DNA of 55,249 bases from Alistipes sp. (GTDB lineage: Bacteria > Bacteroidota > Bacteroidia > Bacteroidales > Rikenellaceae), in assembly GCA_017647625.1 (NCBI GenBank), contig JAGCKG010000168.1, positions 1 to 55,249 of the forward strand, written 5' to 3'. The position numbers were made by a program, and so were the translations under genes. The notes below the pieces were generated by a model. The model saw only the letters and a program-made list of their open reading frames with translations, was not told the origin of the DNA and made no database searches. Of the stretch, positions 18,622-28,445 are shown piece by piece. How positions within the stretch are numbered: the stretch's first letter is position 1; each line of letters begins with the position of its first letter.

Positions 18622-20064
18622 TTAATTGTTATTGTCCGACATTCTATATATATTTCGATTCTTCGATATCTCTGTCATCACCTCTTCTGCCTTAGTAATA
18701 CCGAGTTTCTGTGCCTCCAAAAGGTATGGCTTAGCACCCTCGCAGTTCTCCATATAGACCTCCAAAGCACCGCGGGCATATACCGCCTCTGGCATATCGC
18801 CAGCCTTCTCGAGGAAGCGCAAAGCTCCGCGATAGTCCTTTCTTAGAATTGCAGAGTTAGCAGCGTTGAGGTTTGCCACTGGGTCGTTAGGATACATACG
18901 CACAGCAGTCTCGAACAACTCGTTGAACTCATCGCTACCCGACTCGTAGGTCTGGGCAAGGATATAGAACTCCTCCAACGACAAATTCTGAGGTGCTGTG
19001 TGTAGAACGCGCTCAATCTCCACTGGGTCGGCATAACTCTTAACCTCATACTCGATAGTATAGTCAGAGTGACGCAACGCAGGGTAGCAGTTCTTCAACA
19101 AGAAGCGATACTCCTCCTTCCACGTCGACTTGATGATCCACTCCTTGGTATCAGGCTCGCGGTCGGAGCGTATAGCCTTCAAAATCTCCTCCTTATGCGC
19201 CAACGACGATGCCTCTACATAACACTCAAGACCTGCCCAGTCCTCTGGCTCGTAGTCGGTCTTGATAAAGCCCTCGCCAAAGTGGTACATATTCTCCACA
19301 TAGGTCTTTAGAGCCTCGGTACGACCCTTCGCCAAGCGGGTGTTATTGCTATAGGGGCTCTCGGGCGACGCAAAACCCTTGATAAATACCGACTTAATGG
19401 TGATATCGCTATCGCGCTTCACAGAGTCGATAGTACCCGTAATCTTTGCCAACTCTGCGACGTTGTTGCGATAGGTTGGATAGATCACAATCTCGCTAAC
19501 AGGGAAGTCCACGAATGCCGAGCCACTAATCTCGCGGGTCTTGACAACCTCGTGCTCGGGACGTAGGTATATGAGTTCTGGGTAGTATGGGTCGAGTGGG
19601 AACTTATCCACGAGTTTGCTCTCGGCAACAACATCGGAGTGACCACAGCAACCACAATCGGTGCGCGAAAGCACCAAACGGCAACCATCCATCCAATCTA
19701 CAAACGCCACAGAGGAGTTGTAGTCGACAACACTCTCTGTCTCCGACGCACGAAGGTCTATATCGCCCGGATGTGTGGGCTTGATATGCTCGTTGCGCTG
19801 GTAGTAGATGCGACGATTGCGACTATATACACCGATAGACTTTAGTTGCAACGTATCTGCATCCTTGATAAGTTTTGGGGTCAACACCACCGCCTGGGTG
19901 CCTTTAACATCGAGTTGCGAAAGGTCTATATCGATATCCAAATTCAAATAGCCATCCTTAAGTTCCAACGTGAAATCTTTGATCTCAACATCGGGCATAT
20001 CCTGCGCGTGAACTGCACACACCGAGAGGAGCGCAGCCACAATCAAGGAGAAAACTCTATTCAT
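18622..20064 (-). CDS. DUF3868-domain / OmpA-like / TPR protein of Bacteroidota fimbrial loci
   Basis: WMDG...CGCC, IKGFASPESPYSNNTRLAKGR (OmpA-like), PEDW, YPALR and C-terminal TPR; position follows DUF3575. Confidence 0.85.
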   Translation of the reverse strand: MNRVFSLIVAALLSVCAVHAQDMPDVEIKDFTLELKDGYLNLDIDIDLSQLDVKGTQAVVLTPKLIKDADTLQLKSIGVYSRNRRIYYQRNEHIKPTHPGDIDLRASETESVVDYNSSVAFVDWMDGCRLVLSRTDCGCCGHSDVVAESKLVDKFPLDPYYPELIYLRPEHEVVKTREISGSAFVDFPVSEIVIYPTYRNNVAELAKITGTIDSVKRDSDITIKSVFIKGFASPESPYSNNTRLAKGRTEALKTYVENMYHFGEGFIKTDYEPEDWAGLECYVEASSLAHKEEILKAIRSDREPDTKEWIIKSTWKEEYRFLLKNCYPALRHSDYTIEYEVKSYADPVEIERVLHTAPQNLSLEEFYILAQTYESGSDEFNELFETAVRMYPNDPVANLNAANSAILRKDYRGALRFLEKAGDMPEAVYARGALEVYMENCEGAKPYLLEAQKLGITKAEEVMTEISKNRNIYRMSDNNN

Positions 20065-20076
20065 AGTTCTATGGGG

Positions 20077-20670
20077 TTAAAATACAAATACAAGATTAAC
20101 TGCGGCCTTTGTAGGACCTACATAGTGGTGCGAGCCGTCGCCCACCTTGCGCTGACAGCCACTACACTTGAAAATATCGTAGTCGAGATAGGCATAACCG
20201 AAGCCCGCCTCAAGTTCGAGGTTTATACCTTTAGAGAGCATAAAGGCGAAGCCATAGGCAACACCACCACCAAAGGCATAGCCCTGATAACGCATATCAT
20301 TGAGGACAGAGAAGTCTGTTCCGAGTATAGAGAGATTGTTTCGAACACGACCTACGTTGAAAGCACCACCCAAAAGATGCGCTCCAACAAAGTGACGCGA
20401 GAAACGATCACAAAACCAATAACGTGCCTCAGGCTGAATCAACAGATGTTTCCACTTTACGCTCTCGTTCTTGCTCCAAGCATTGTAGCTACCCGAAAGG
20501 TCTACTGTCCACTTGGGAGCGACACCAACCTCGACACCGAGATTCAGTGTTGCCGTGGCATCTGCAAGGGCGTTTGTCTTAACTGCATACTCTTGAGCAT
20601 AGAGAGATGTCCTACCTCCAAAAATAAGGAGCAGAAATAGTAGGAAAATACTCAATTGCGGTTTCATCAT
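20077..20670 (-). CDS. DUF3575 outer-membrane beta-barrel protein
   Basis: AVKTNAL...NLGVE...QPEARYWFC...YVGPTKAAVNLVFVF, with terminal Phe. Confidence 0.9.
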   Translation of the reverse strand: MMKPQLSIFLLFLLLIFGGRTSLYAQEYAVKTNALADATATLNLGVEVGVAPKWTVDLSGSYNAWSKNESVKWKHLLIQPEARYWFCDRFSRHFVGAHLLGGAFNVGRVRNNLSILGTDFSVLNDMRYQGYAFGGGVAYGFAFMLSKGINLELEAGFGYAYLDYDIFKCSGCQRKVGDGSHHYVGPTKAAVNLVFVF

Positions 20671-20780
20671 TAGAGTTAGTTTAGTAGTGATACCTATTAT
20701 TAATTATCGACCCGCGAATTTACATTAATTTTGATAAATATTGAAATTATCGACTACTACATTTCGTGCTACAGCAAATT

Positions 20781-20789
20781 CCCCCCCCC
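20781..20789. repeat. Poly-C9 tract in the divergent promoter region
   Basis: CCCCCCCCC embedded in very AT-rich intergenic DNA. Confidence 0.8.
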
Positions 20790-20828
20790 TATAAATAGAC
20801 AATGTAAACCATTTTGTATACACATATA

Positions 20829-20860
20829 TTTGTATATTCACAGAAAAATCTATAAATTTG
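20829..20860 (+). promoter_or_regulatory. sigma-A promoter of the TPR-LuxR regulator
   Basis: TTTG-N20-TAAATTTG matches the Bacteroidota -33/-7 consensus. Confidence 0.7.
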
Positions 20861-20942
20861 TAGGACAAAAAGGAAATTTAAGGCAACGAATCTACTTGCA
20901 ATATACAGCGAGATAAACAAAGGACAACATAACAATAAGATT

Positions 20943-22871
20943 ATGCACTCATATTTATGGAATAAACTCTGGCCAATATTGCATATACTACTATTGGCAA
21001 GTGGCACCTGTTATGCAAATGAAGCGAAGTTTAAACAGGCTCGACAGCAGCAACGTGAAGGCAAATACGATAGCGCAATAAGCGCGTACAAGGAGTATTT
21101 AGCAACCCCACTGGATGAGGATAACATCACCGACGAGGAGTTGTTTCTATACACCGAAGCATTGACACAACTGATGAATACATATCAGAGCAAGGGCGAT
21201 ACTGAGGGGTGCATAGTTGCACTACAAGAGGTGTTCGACCTGTCACCAATACTGCAAAAGCAGTGTATCAGAGACTACTACTCTGTGCTTGGATATGCCC
21301 TGTCGCGCACAGAGAGGATGGCTGAGGCAGAGATGACAATGCTGCGAGCCCTCTCTATGACCCTACACCGCGCCACTCCAGAGCGTTACTTCAGAGACTA
21401 CGCCTATGCCGCTGCGATATTCTACAGCAACCCCGACTACCAGAGCGAGGTGATAAACTGGTGCGAGGAGGCTCTGCATCAGGCCGAGTTGAGCGAAAAT
21501 AGCAATGGCGCACAGTATGTAAAGACACTATTAGGCTCGATATATAAACGAAACGGACATCTTAACAGCGCGCTAAACCTCTTTAACCAGAGCAAGGATG
21601 AGGCACAACGACGCAACGATGACTTGGGTGTGCTTAACTCGCTGCACGCACTCACAGACCTCTTCCTCTATTGGAATATCCCTGAATACGCCAACCGCTA
21701 CGCCACAGAGGCTGTAAAGGTGGAGAAGAGGATGAAGGCACAAAACCCTATGATATCTGCCCAGACATATATAAATAAGGGTCGCACACTGCAACAACTC
21801 GGAGAGCAGGACTCCGTAACCTTCTACACCGAGCAGGCGCGCAGACTCTGCCAGACACTGCCCTACAACAGCGGTATGGTCGATGTAGACCTCTTAAGCG
21901 GCAGTTACCTCACCGACAGGGGTGGCGACTCGGTGCAGTATGGCATAGAGGAACTGATACGTGTAACAAAGCAGGGTACTACAACCAATCGCGCAAAGGC
22001 CTATCATCAGTTGGCACAGACATATCTGCGATATGGCGAGGAGAGTATGGCAGAGAGGGCGTTGGATAGCCTCTACGCGCTACTAAACTACGGTGGCACA
22101 CCTATATATATACGTCTGGAGTATGAGCCTATCCTAAACCACTATCAGCGTAGCAACGATCATCAGAGGTATCAACAATTTACACAATTGATGCTTCAGG
22201 AGCAGAATATATTTAACGAGAAGAGTCTGAGATACAACACCGTAGAGAGCATCGTCAACCTGCATACCATAAAGAAAAACCAGGAGTTGAAGTTGGCACA
22301 TCTAAAAGAGCGACACCACCGTCAATGGCTTTTAGTGTCTATATTGATCTCATTGGCGATTATCGCCACTATCGTTTCATCGCTATACAGACAAAAGAGG
22401 GCGCATCGCATACAGATGAAAAAGGCAAATGAGAAGTTCTCAATACTCCATCAGGAGTTAAAGCAGACCAACGCCGAGAAGGAGAAGATAACCTCCGAGA
22501 TCAATGAGTTCCTCAACGACAATAACAACCGTCAGGAGATGGAGACGCTTACTCCGTTTATCCTCAAGGAGAGCGGCGAGGTCAAGTTCCGCCAATGCTT
22601 TGAGATACTATATCCACTATTTTTGCATCGTCTGCGCGAGAAGGTGCCAGCAATAACACGTCGCGAGGAGTTACTATCGATGCTTATCGCGCTAAAACAA
22701 AACAACAAGGAGATATCCGAATTGTTGGCCATTGCACCACGAAGCGTATTGATGCTACGCCACCGCTTCCGCCAAAAGATAGGAATGTCAACAGAGTTAT
22801 CCTTGGAGAATTTCATCGAGGAGTTGTTAGGCGTTCAGCAGAGCGAGAAGCCACAAAACAAGGATAACTAA
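20943..22871 (+). CDS. Membrane-anchored TPR sensor with C-terminal LuxR-type HTH regulator
   Basis: Signal peptide, TPR-like helices, TM segment WLLVSILISLAIIATIV, coiled coil, then ITRREELLSMLI...NKEISELLAI...RHRFRQKIG. Confidence 0.82.
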   Translation: MHSYLWNKLWPILHILLLASGTCYANEAKFKQARQQQREGKYDSAISAYKEYLATPLDEDNITDEELFLYTEALTQLMNTYQSKGDTEGCIVALQEVFDLSPILQKQCIRDYYSVLGYALSRTERMAEAEMTMLRALSMTLHRATPERYFRDYAYAAAIFYSNPDYQSEVINWCEEALHQAELSENSNGAQYVKTLLGSIYKRNGHLNSALNLFNQSKDEAQRRNDDLGVLNSLHALTDLFLYWNIPEYANRYATEAVKVEKRMKAQNPMISAQTYINKGRTLQQLGEQDSVTFYTEQARRLCQTLPYNSGMVDVDLLSGSYLTDRGGDSVQYGIEELIRVTKQGTTTNRAKAYHQLAQTYLRYGEESMAERALDSLYALLNYGGTPIYIRLEYEPILNHYQRSNDHQRYQQFTQLMLQEQNIFNEKSLRYNTVESIVNLHTIKKNQELKLAHLKERHHRQWLLVSILISLAIIATIVSSLYRQKRAHRIQMKKANEKFSILHQELKQTNAEKEKITSEINEFLNDNNNRQEMETLTPFILKESGEVKFRQCFEILYPLFLHRLREKVPAITRREELLSMLIALKQNNKEISELLAIAPRSVLMLRHRFRQKIGMSTELSLENFIEELLGVQQSEKPQNKDN

Positions 22872-22891
22872 CACAACGGACAATAATGCAA

Positions 22892-22917
22892 AAGGGCGTG
22901 TCACTCGACACGCCCTT
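22892..22917. terminator. Bidirectional terminator between convergent genes
   Basis: Perfect stem AAGGGCGTGTC/GACACGCCCTT. Confidence 0.8.
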
Positions 22918-22939
22918 AATGCTTATAGATAGGCACTTG

Positions 22940-24385
22940 TTACAAGAAACGCTCCGATGCCACTGTCGCGCGAGTAGGCGCGGTAGGCATATTTGATGGG
23001 AGTGATGAGCGGGTATAAACCGACACCTCCGAAGAATCGCTTGTAGACACCCAAGTCATCGTATCCTCTGCAACCGAGAGGCTATATGATGCACCCCATA
23101 CAACATTATCGGTATAGACACCTGAGATAACGCCATTCTCGATATTAGCACTACTCTGATATACATCCCAGTAGCGACTATCGATGCGCTGATAGAGCGT
23201 AATACCGCCCGTAGCAGTAATATCCATATATACATCGAACGATGGTGTAGCACCGCGCCAAGAAGTTAGATGCCATACACCCGCAATAGAGGATGTATCG
23301 CCACCCGTAGGAGGCGTAGGAACGACAGGAGTATCACTCATAGAGGTTGCGACTGTTGCTATATCCGACTCTCGCACCTGACTCTGCGCGCCCGCAACGA
23401 TAGAGACCTTTGCCTCATATCTTGTATTCTCCTTAAGTTGCTCGGATGGTATCACCACCGTATCACCCACCGCTGGAGTATACTCCTCCCATAGGTTAGT
23501 ACCCTGCTCACGGGAATAGATATGCGAGGTGTAGTCATCAGACTCCACGCCATCGTAGTAGACAGCGATGCTACCCGCCTTGATTGTGATGCCCTCGTCG
23601 TTATATTTCAACTGTGGCTTCGCAATATTAGCAGTAATCACGGCATACGATGTCTTAAACTCGAAACTATTGGACATTATTGGCTCTAAGTCGCTATCTA
23701 CTGGGGTTAGCGTAACGAAGAATACATAGTCTGTATTCTCCTCAAGGTAGTCATCACCACTCTTTGGGATAGCGATGCTCACGTTGCCATTTTTGATGCT
23801 GTTACCAGCAACATCCACCACAGTCCACGCATTAGAGTTATGTCGTGCATACTCCAACTTTAGGTAAGCTATCTGCTGAGGGTCATCGTTGAGCATATAT
23901 GCTACATCGCTAAGGTTGATTGTAGCAAAGAGACCCTTTGTCAAAACATTAGCATTGCACGAGATGCTCTGGGTGATAGTCTTGCGCGTAGCAAAGGTAA
24001 ACTCCTTACGCTGTACGCCATACTTCTTACCACCGTCACACACGATATTTGCATAATAGCGCGTATTCTCTGTAAGGTCGCTTATAGTAAACGCCACTCT
24101 ACCATTATCTCCAACCTCGACATACTCCGTAACACTCTTCATATTGGCACTATCGCCACCAGCCCAATACTCTACAGAGAGTTTCGTACCCTCATACTTC
24201 ACGTCATCAACAGTGATATATGCCAAGACATCAACTACGGCTGTAGTATCGGTAGCCTCAACCTCGACACTACCAAATATGAAGCCTACAACGGGCTTTG
24301 GCTCGGTAGTACCACCATTCTCGAAATCACAACCTACCGAAAAGAGCAATAATACCGATAGCATTGTATAAATATATCTCTTCAT
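22940..24385 (-). CDS. Lipoprotein with Fn3-like repeats and C-terminal lipocalin-like domain
   Basis: Lipobox SVGC; repeated L.ENT.Y motifs; Pro-rich linker, then IAGVWHLTSW (GxW lipocalin-like motif). Confidence 0.65.
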   Translation of the reverse strand: MKRYIYTMLSVLLLFSVGCDFENGGTTEPKPVVGFIFGSVEVEATDTTAVVDVLAYITVDDVKYEGTKLSVEYWAGGDSANMKSVTEYVEVGDNGRVAFTISDLTENTRYYANIVCDGGKKYGVQRKEFTFATRKTITQSISCNANVLTKGLFATINLSDVAYMLNDDPQQIAYLKLEYARHNSNAWTVVDVAGNSIKNGNVSIAIPKSGDDYLEENTDYVFFVTLTPVDSDLEPIMSNSFEFKTSYAVITANIAKPQLKYNDEGITIKAGSIAVYYDGVESDDYTSHIYSREQGTNLWEEYTPAVGDTVVIPSEQLKENTRYEAKVSIVAGAQSQVRESDIATVATSMSDTPVVPTPPTGGDTSSIAGVWHLTSWRGATPSFDVYMDITATGGITLYQRIDSRYWDVYQSSANIENGVISGVYTDNVVWGASYSLSVAEDTMTWVSTSDSSEVSVYTRSSLPSNMPTAPTRATVASERFL

Positions 24386-24406
24386 ATCTCTTTAATCTTT
24401 AATTCA

Positions 24407-26317
24407 TTACAACCATCCACCATTTGTAGCAACAGCACCACGAACAACAAGTTCAAACTCGCGCTCGATAGGCATACCGCCCATATTATAATTACCTCCC
24501 TCAACCGAGCCACCAGCGATGGCCTTAACCTTGATGCGACCAACACCCGGCTTGGTACAAGCGACCTTAAGTTGTCCATTCTCAATCGTTGGTGTTGTGG
24601 TAATGCCAAGTTCATCCATAACCGAAGAACTTACCTCCACGTCCTTATATGTAAGTCTCTGGGAAGCAGTACCGAAATAGGCATCAAGCGAGAGTAGGCT
24701 CTGCTCGCCAGTACGAAGGTATAGGCAAGGGGTCGAATCCATCTGCATCAAGAGCAAATGAGCATCGATATATCCAGTACCGAGTTTTCCTTGGAATTTA
24801 TTAAGCTCAATATCGTAGTAAGTACCAGTATAGTAATCAAACATACTCTTTGTACCAACCTGATACTGATCGATATCGTGTACCGAGGTTACAATCAACA
24901 TACGCAACTCATCGGCAGTCAATCTCTTTCCTGTCTGCGCGGCATACGACACTGCAAGAGCAGCACAACCCGAAACGTGTGGCGTAGCCATTGATGTACC
25001 CTGCATATACTCGTAGCCATAACTATAGGCATACTCGACAGAGGTTGATGAAATCGTAAAGATTGTGCCATAGTAAACATCACCACCCGGAGCGCAGATG
25101 TTTACACCTGGACCATAGTTGGTATAGTAGGCAGCCTTAAAGTCCGAAGACATAGCCGACACACAGATATATCTATGATATGCACCCGGATAGATACCAG
25201 ATGGGTACTCCTCGTTGCCCGCAGCAAAGACTACCAAACCGCCATCTATAACACCATCAAGTTTAGCGTTAGTCTCAAAGTATTCGATAGCACTCTTTAG
25301 CGTAGAGTCGTATCTCTCAAACTCTCTATCATTAGCATAGTCATCCTCTGGCATATAACCCCACGAATTATTGATGATAACAGCACCATTATCAGCAGCA
25401 TAGCGAAAGGCTTGAGCCAATTGATGCTGGTAACAACCATCCTCGCCCTCGAATATCTGCAACGACATTATACGCACGCCATCACCATTGCCAGTACCAC
25501 CAGCGATACCGCAAGTTGCGAAGCCATTGTTATTTACCGCGCTGATAGTACCCGCAACGTGAGTACCGTGCGAGTCAGCCGTAACATTGCCATTACCAGC
25601 AACAAAGTTATAGCCGTAGACATCATCGACGTAGCCATTGCCATCGTCATCAACACCTTTCGTACCACTCTTCTCTGCCTCGTTAACCCACATATTATCC
25701 TTAAGGTCGGGATGCGTAGCCATAACACCTCCATCACACACAGCCACGATTACGCGGTTATCGCCCGCAGTGTACTTCCAAGCGTTAAGAAGGTTGATAT
25801 CCGCACCCTCAACACACAACTCTGGGTCGAGAGAGGCATCGTTGTAGTAGTGCCACTGCCAAGGTAACTCTGGGTCATCGAATGGCAAGTCCATCGAACG
25901 TGTTGGCTCTGGGCGATTAAGTGGCATCTCCAAACGCTTATAGGTAGCACGCTGGATATAGACATCATACTCCACCCTCTCCACGCGCTCATCCTTTGCG
26001 ATGCAAGAAGCGAGAGCCTTAACATCGACACTCTTATCAAACGAGAGAAGATACCAGTCATCTATCTTGCTCTTTGCACGTGTCTTAGAGCGAGGATATA
26101 GCAACTTCGCGTCGATAGCAACATCTGTCATCTCGCCAAAGGCTTCAACTGAAGCATCCTCCGAAAGGCGCACCATCAAAAAGCCCGGTGCAGGCTCAAC
26201 ATTTGCGTTTACAATCTTGCTCACTGGCGTAGACTCCACCTGCGACTCCACCGTAGGGTCGCTTATGCAGGCAACGGCGACGAGTGCCAATGAAACGATA
26301 AGTGATAATTTTTTCAT
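24407..26317 (-). CDS. S8 (subtilisin-family) serine protease lipoprotein
   Basis: Catalytic triad motifs VAVCDGG, HGTHVAG and GTSMATPHV; oxyanion motif AAGN; Ca loop DDDGNGYVDD; lipobox AVAC. Confidence 0.92.
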   Translation of the reverse strand: MKKLSLIVSLALVAVACISDPTVESQVESTPVSKIVNANVEPAPGFLMVRLSEDASVEAFGEMTDVAIDAKLLYPRSKTRAKSKIDDWYLLSFDKSVDVKALASCIAKDERVERVEYDVYIQRATYKRLEMPLNRPEPTRSMDLPFDDPELPWQWHYYNDASLDPELCVEGADINLLNAWKYTAGDNRVIVAVCDGGVMATHPDLKDNMWVNEAEKSGTKGVDDDGNGYVDDVYGYNFVAGNGNVTADSHGTHVAGTISAVNNNGFATCGIAGGTGNGDGVRIMSLQIFEGEDGCYQHQLAQAFRYAADNGAVIINNSWGYMPEDDYANDREFERYDSTLKSAIEYFETNAKLDGVIDGGLVVFAAGNEEYPSGIYPGAYHRYICVSAMSSDFKAAYYTNYGPGVNICAPGGDVYYGTIFTISSTSVEYAYSYGYEYMQGTSMATPHVSGCAALAVSYAAQTGKRLTADELRMLIVTSVHDIDQYQVGTKSMFDYYTGTYYDIELNKFQGKLGTGYIDAHLLLMQMDSTPCLYLRTGEQSLLSLDAYFGTASQRLTYKDVEVSSSVMDELGITTTPTIENGQLKVACTKPGVGRIKVKAIAGGSVEGGNYNMGGMPIEREFELVVRGAVATNGGWL

Positions 26318-26350
26318 CTCTATAATCTGTTTTTGTTATTTCTCGTAGGT

Positions 26351-28219
26351 CTACATCTCGATATGTGTCACCTCGTCGATGCCATCTATTGCCGAGATAC
26401 TGCGTATTACCCTCTGCAACTCACTTACGGACTGCACCATAAACTCGATATTACATATCGCAATGCGGTCGATATTCTCGGTTGCAAGCGAGGTCATCGT
26501 AAGATGCAACTCGTTGGTAATGCAGTCGATAAGGTCTATCATAAGGTGATAACGGTCGATACCCTGCACACGAATCTTTACAGGATAGAGGAAGGCAGGG
26601 TTGGCATCGAACGTAGCCGCCACGATAGAGTCGCCATACTCCGAGGCAAGGCGGATGATATCGGGACAGTAACGCTTATGTAATACGGTATTTCCGTCAC
26701 TCTTTACAAATCCTATTACCTCGTCCTCGGGCAGCGGATGACAGTGTGGGCATCGCTCATACTCCAAGCGTGGGAGATTCGCAAAGTAACCCTTGAGATA
26801 CCTCTTTGCGCGGAAGGTATAGACGTGGTCGAGCCAGTCGGGATGAGGCTTCGCATCATCAGCCGTACCAATCTCCACTCTATCGCCACGACGTAGCACC
26901 GTACGCAACGACATTAGTTTACCGTTGATACGCGCATATACCGCCTTCTCGCCAATCTGGCTATGTATCTCAAAGGCGAAGTCGAGGGCTGTAGCACCCT
27001 TTGGAAGTATCACACCGCGACCCTTTGGCGTAAATACCATAATATCGTCGTTATAGAAGGTCGATGTAACACCCTCCATAAAGGCTATGTCGTGGTTGTC
27101 GTCGGCAACCTCCTGAAGTATCGACTTGAACTTATCGAGCCACATCGCCACATTTGTCTCGCTACTCTCTGCTGCACAGCCGAGACGCGAGTTGCGCACC
27201 ATACGCTCCGAAGAGATATGTATCTCCTCCCAGCCACCCTGCTGGCAGAGAAGTTTAACGTGGAAACTCTGATAGCCGTTCTCCTTTGGCGTATCGATAT
27301 AGTTGCATACGCTACCAGGCTTCTCCTTAAAGTGGTCGGTAAGCACCGAGTATATCTTGAGGCTCATAGCCTTCTCGCTCACATCCTGTGGGTTAGGATA
27401 GATGATACGGATATAGTGCTTGCCGTCAATATGCTTGATGTCGCTACCCTTCGCCTTAATCTTGCGCCATACGCTATATGGCTCGCGGTAGCGCACCTCA
27501 ATACGCACTTTGTAGCCCGCATCGGCAAGGACCTGCTCAATCTTCGAGGTAAATATCTCGAGTTGCTCGCGCTCCAACTCACGCTCCTCATTCAGACGCT
27601 CCACCACCTCGGCAAAGTCGCGTGGACAGCGATAGCGGAACGACAAATTCTCCAACTCGGTCTTAATATGATAGAGACCCAAGCGGTTGGCAAGAGGTGC
27701 GTAGAAGTAGTCGGTCTCACCCGCAATCTTCATCTGCTTATCTGGACGCATACTATCCAATGTACGCATATTGTGCAGACGGTCAGCGAGTTTTATCAAC
27801 AGCGCGCGAATATCGTAGTGTACCGACTCCAAAATCTGGCGGTAGTTATCCACCTGCTTCGAGTGCTGATAACTATCCTTCTTGCGCTTGGTTACGGTGT
27901 CTACAAGGAATGCTACGTCGTCGCCAAACATCTCTCTAATCTCCTCCACCGTATGGTCTGTATCCTCCACTACATCGTGCAGAAAGGCTGTGATAACGGT
28001 GTTGTCGGTCATCTCCAACTCCTCGGCAAGGATAGATGCCACTGCTATAGGGTGGGTTATATATGGCTCTCCACTACGGCGGAACTGCTTCTTGTGAGCC
28101 TCCGCAGCAAAACGATATGATGCGATGATGCGTTGTAACTGCTCCTCGGTGGTACGTTGCGAGATATAATTGAATAACTCGGTTGTACTCTTTTCAATCT
28201 GTTCGGCGTATTTCTTCAT
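26351..28219 (-). CDS. Long RelA/SpoT homologue (HD-SYNTH-TGS-ZFD-ACT) with degenerate-looking synthetase
   Basis: HD motifs RRSGEPYITHP, LHDVVEDT and KLADRLHNMRT; TGS motif LPKGATALDFAFEIH; Cys cluster CPHCHP...C; ACT-like C-terminus. Confidence 0.9.
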   Translation of the reverse strand: MKKYAEQIEKSTTELFNYISQRTTEEQLQRIIASYRFAAEAHKKQFRRSGEPYITHPIAVASILAEELEMTDNTVITAFLHDVVEDTDHTVEEIREMFGDDVAFLVDTVTKRKKDSYQHSKQVDNYRQILESVHYDIRALLIKLADRLHNMRTLDSMRPDKQMKIAGETDYFYAPLANRLGLYHIKTELENLSFRYRCPRDFAEVVERLNEERELEREQLEIFTSKIEQVLADAGYKVRIEVRYREPYSVWRKIKAKGSDIKHIDGKHYIRIIYPNPQDVSEKAMSLKIYSVLTDHFKEKPGSVCNYIDTPKENGYQSFHVKLLCQQGGWEEIHISSERMVRNSRLGCAAESSETNVAMWLDKFKSILQEVADDNHDIAFMEGVTSTFYNDDIMVFTPKGRGVILPKGATALDFAFEIHSQIGEKAVYARINGKLMSLRTVLRRGDRVEIGTADDAKPHPDWLDHVYTFRAKRYLKGYFANLPRLEYERCPHCHPLPEDEVIGFVKSDGNTVLHKRYCPDIIRLASEYGDSIVAATFDANPAFLYPVKIRVQGIDRYHLMIDLIDCITNELHLTMTSLATENIDRIAICNIEFMVQSVSELQRVIRSISAIDGIDEVTHIEM

Positions 28220-28445
28220 ACTATTGTGGGGTGTTAGTTTCTACATAATCATTAAGTATTCGGCATACCATTTTGGTTGATACACACTACTCAAAGTACA
28301 AAATTATGAAAAAATATGTATCGTTGTTCCTCTAAATGCTAAAATATCTACCTTTAGTCGCGCAAATAGTTACACATATAACCGCTATTTTAGATTATAT
28401 TTGTATATTTGCCAGCGATATAGACCAACTAAAAACAGAATATAG

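Noticed and set aside
20671-20942. Invertible promoter for the pilus operon
   Set aside because: No convincing inverted-repeat pair flanks a promoter, and no recombinase is nearby.
26963-28120. 385-aa ORF antisense to the RSH gene (and similar long antisense ORFs at 19846-20640, 17114-17680, 37266-37817)
   Set aside because: Shadow ORFs expected from the sense gene's codon bias; no recognisable motifs, and they fully overlap well-supported genes.
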